From assembly GCA_903893565.1 (NCBI GenBank), contig CAITMU010000105.1:41178-105177 (forward strand): a DNA stretch of 64,000 bases, written 5' to 3'. The translations under genes and the position numbers were made by a program. Shown here piece after piece: positions 62,934 to 64,000 of the stretch (positions are counted from its first letter, which is position 1; each line of letters begins with the position of its first letter). The stretch comes from an uncultured beta proteobacterium (GTDB taxonomy: Bacteria; Pseudomonadota; Gammaproteobacteria; Burkholderiales; SG8-41). The notes beneath the pieces were generated by a model. That model made no database searches and had not been told where the DNA came from. It saw only the letters and a program-made list of their open reading frames with translations.

Positions 62934-64000
62934 TATACTGCCGCCCTCCTTAGGACAATGCGAATGTCTTCACCAACCGCGCTAAACTCCACCCTCTTAA
63001 AACGATGCTGGTTGGACAAGACGGTTAATTCTGGGAAATCAAACATACCTTGCGCTTTATGCCCGATCACCGTCGGAGCCCAATAAATCAATAATTCATC
63101 AATTAAACCGGCTGCCAACAAGGCGCCATTTAATTGAGCCCCCGCTTCGACGTGTAGCTCGTTCACACCAGCAGCAGCCAAATGTATCATCAAGCCTTCC
63201 AGGTCGACCTGACCGTGCTTATTGGGGATGCACCACACTTTTGCACCCCGTGCCTCGAGCGTTTTCATTTTTACTGCGTCTTGGATCGCACTAACGACCC
63301 AAGTCCCCTCAGCCAGTAATTGGGCCTTGGGCAAAATACGTAAATGCGAGTCCACCACCACCCGAAACGGTTGACGAGTCGTATGGACCGCTCTCACATT
63401 TAACTGCGGATCATCGGCGTTGACCGTACCAATACCGGTTAATATGGCACAGGCGCGTGCCCGCCAATGATGCGTGTCAGCACGCGCTTCTGGGCCGGTA
63501 ATCCACTGACTTTGGCCATTTAGCAAGGCTGTCTTACCATCCAGACTGGCAGCTACTTTGACCCGCACCCAAGGCCTGGCGCGACGCATACGCGATATAA
63601 ACCCCAAATTCAAAGCCTGTGCTTGGGCATTCATCAATCCCACTTCCACTTCAATCCCGGCTTCACGTAACCGTTGTAACCCTTGACCGGCCACCAATGG
63701 ATTAGGGTCTTGCATCGCTACCACGACTTTGACCACACCGGCCTGAATCAAAGCCTCACAACATGGCCCCGTTTTCCCTTGATGAGAGCACGGCTCTAAG
63801 CTCACATAAGCGGTCGCCCCTCGAGCCTGTTGCCCCGCCTCTCGCAAAGCATTGACTTCGGCATGCGCCTGACCCGCACGTTCGTGCCACCCTTGGCCCA
63901 CCAACTGCCCCTGCTTAAGCAATACACAACCCACACGCGGATTGGGGGTGGTCGTATAAAGACCGCGGTTAGCCAAATCTAAGGCCAGAATCATCGCGGT
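62933..64000 (-). CDS. ribD: bifunctional riboflavin deaminase/reductase; true start probably just beyond the window end
   Basis: PNPRVG, HAE, LEPCSH...PCC, SLDGK; frame stays open to the window edge. Confidence 0.96.
   Translation of the reverse strand, partial: TAMILALDLANRGLYTTTPNPRVGCVLLKQGQLVGQGWHERAGQAHAEVNALREAGQQARGATAYVSLEPCSHQGKTGPCCEALIQAGVVKVVVAMQDPNPLVAGQGLQRLREAGIEVEVGLMNAQAQALNLGFISRMRRARPWVRVKVAASLDGKTALLNGQSQWITGPEARADTHHWRARACAILTGIGTVNADDPQLNVRAVHTTRQPFRVVVDSHLRILPKAQLLAEGTWVVSAIQDAVKMKTLEARGAKVWCIPNKHGQVDLEGLMIHLAAAGVNELHVEAGAQLNGALLAAGLIDELLIYWAPTVIGHKAQGMFDFPELTVLSNQHRFKRVEFSAVGEDIRIVLRRAAV

Noticed and set aside
1-64000. CRISPR array, tRNA or rRNA genes
   Set aside because: No regularly spaced repeats or cloverleaf/rRNA signatures were seen in any intergenic region.

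Overview
This is a chromosomal housekeeping region (roughly 50% GC) from a betaproteobacterium, judged from the gene orders leuCD-leuB-asd-fimV, yhdP-nitrilase-tldD-aroG, glnE-ilvE-waaF and ribD-ribE-ribBX-ribH-nusB-thiL-pgpA-cinA-recA-recX-alaS. It holds about 55 protein genes, mostly for amino-acid, folate, riboflavin and LPS biosynthesis, tRNA synthetases, DnaE and RecA. Accessory content is one complete, apparently intact IS200/IS605 element (divergent tnpA/tnpB, ends and target motif readable from sequence) and a cluster of organic-acid catabolism genes (Bug/TctC receptor, TcuA-like flavoprotein, class II aldolase, cupin, Asn-type amidohydrolase). An unexplained ~1 kb cassette between recX and alaS contains a promoter with palindromes, a structured leader, a 71-aa Lys-rich orphan ORF and a ~200-nt GC-rich structured non-coding element. 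Several other intergenic regions fold into nested stems or a pseudoknot. I saw no rRNA, tRNA or CRISPR array. All calls come from motif recognition by eye; no database searches or folding programs were run.
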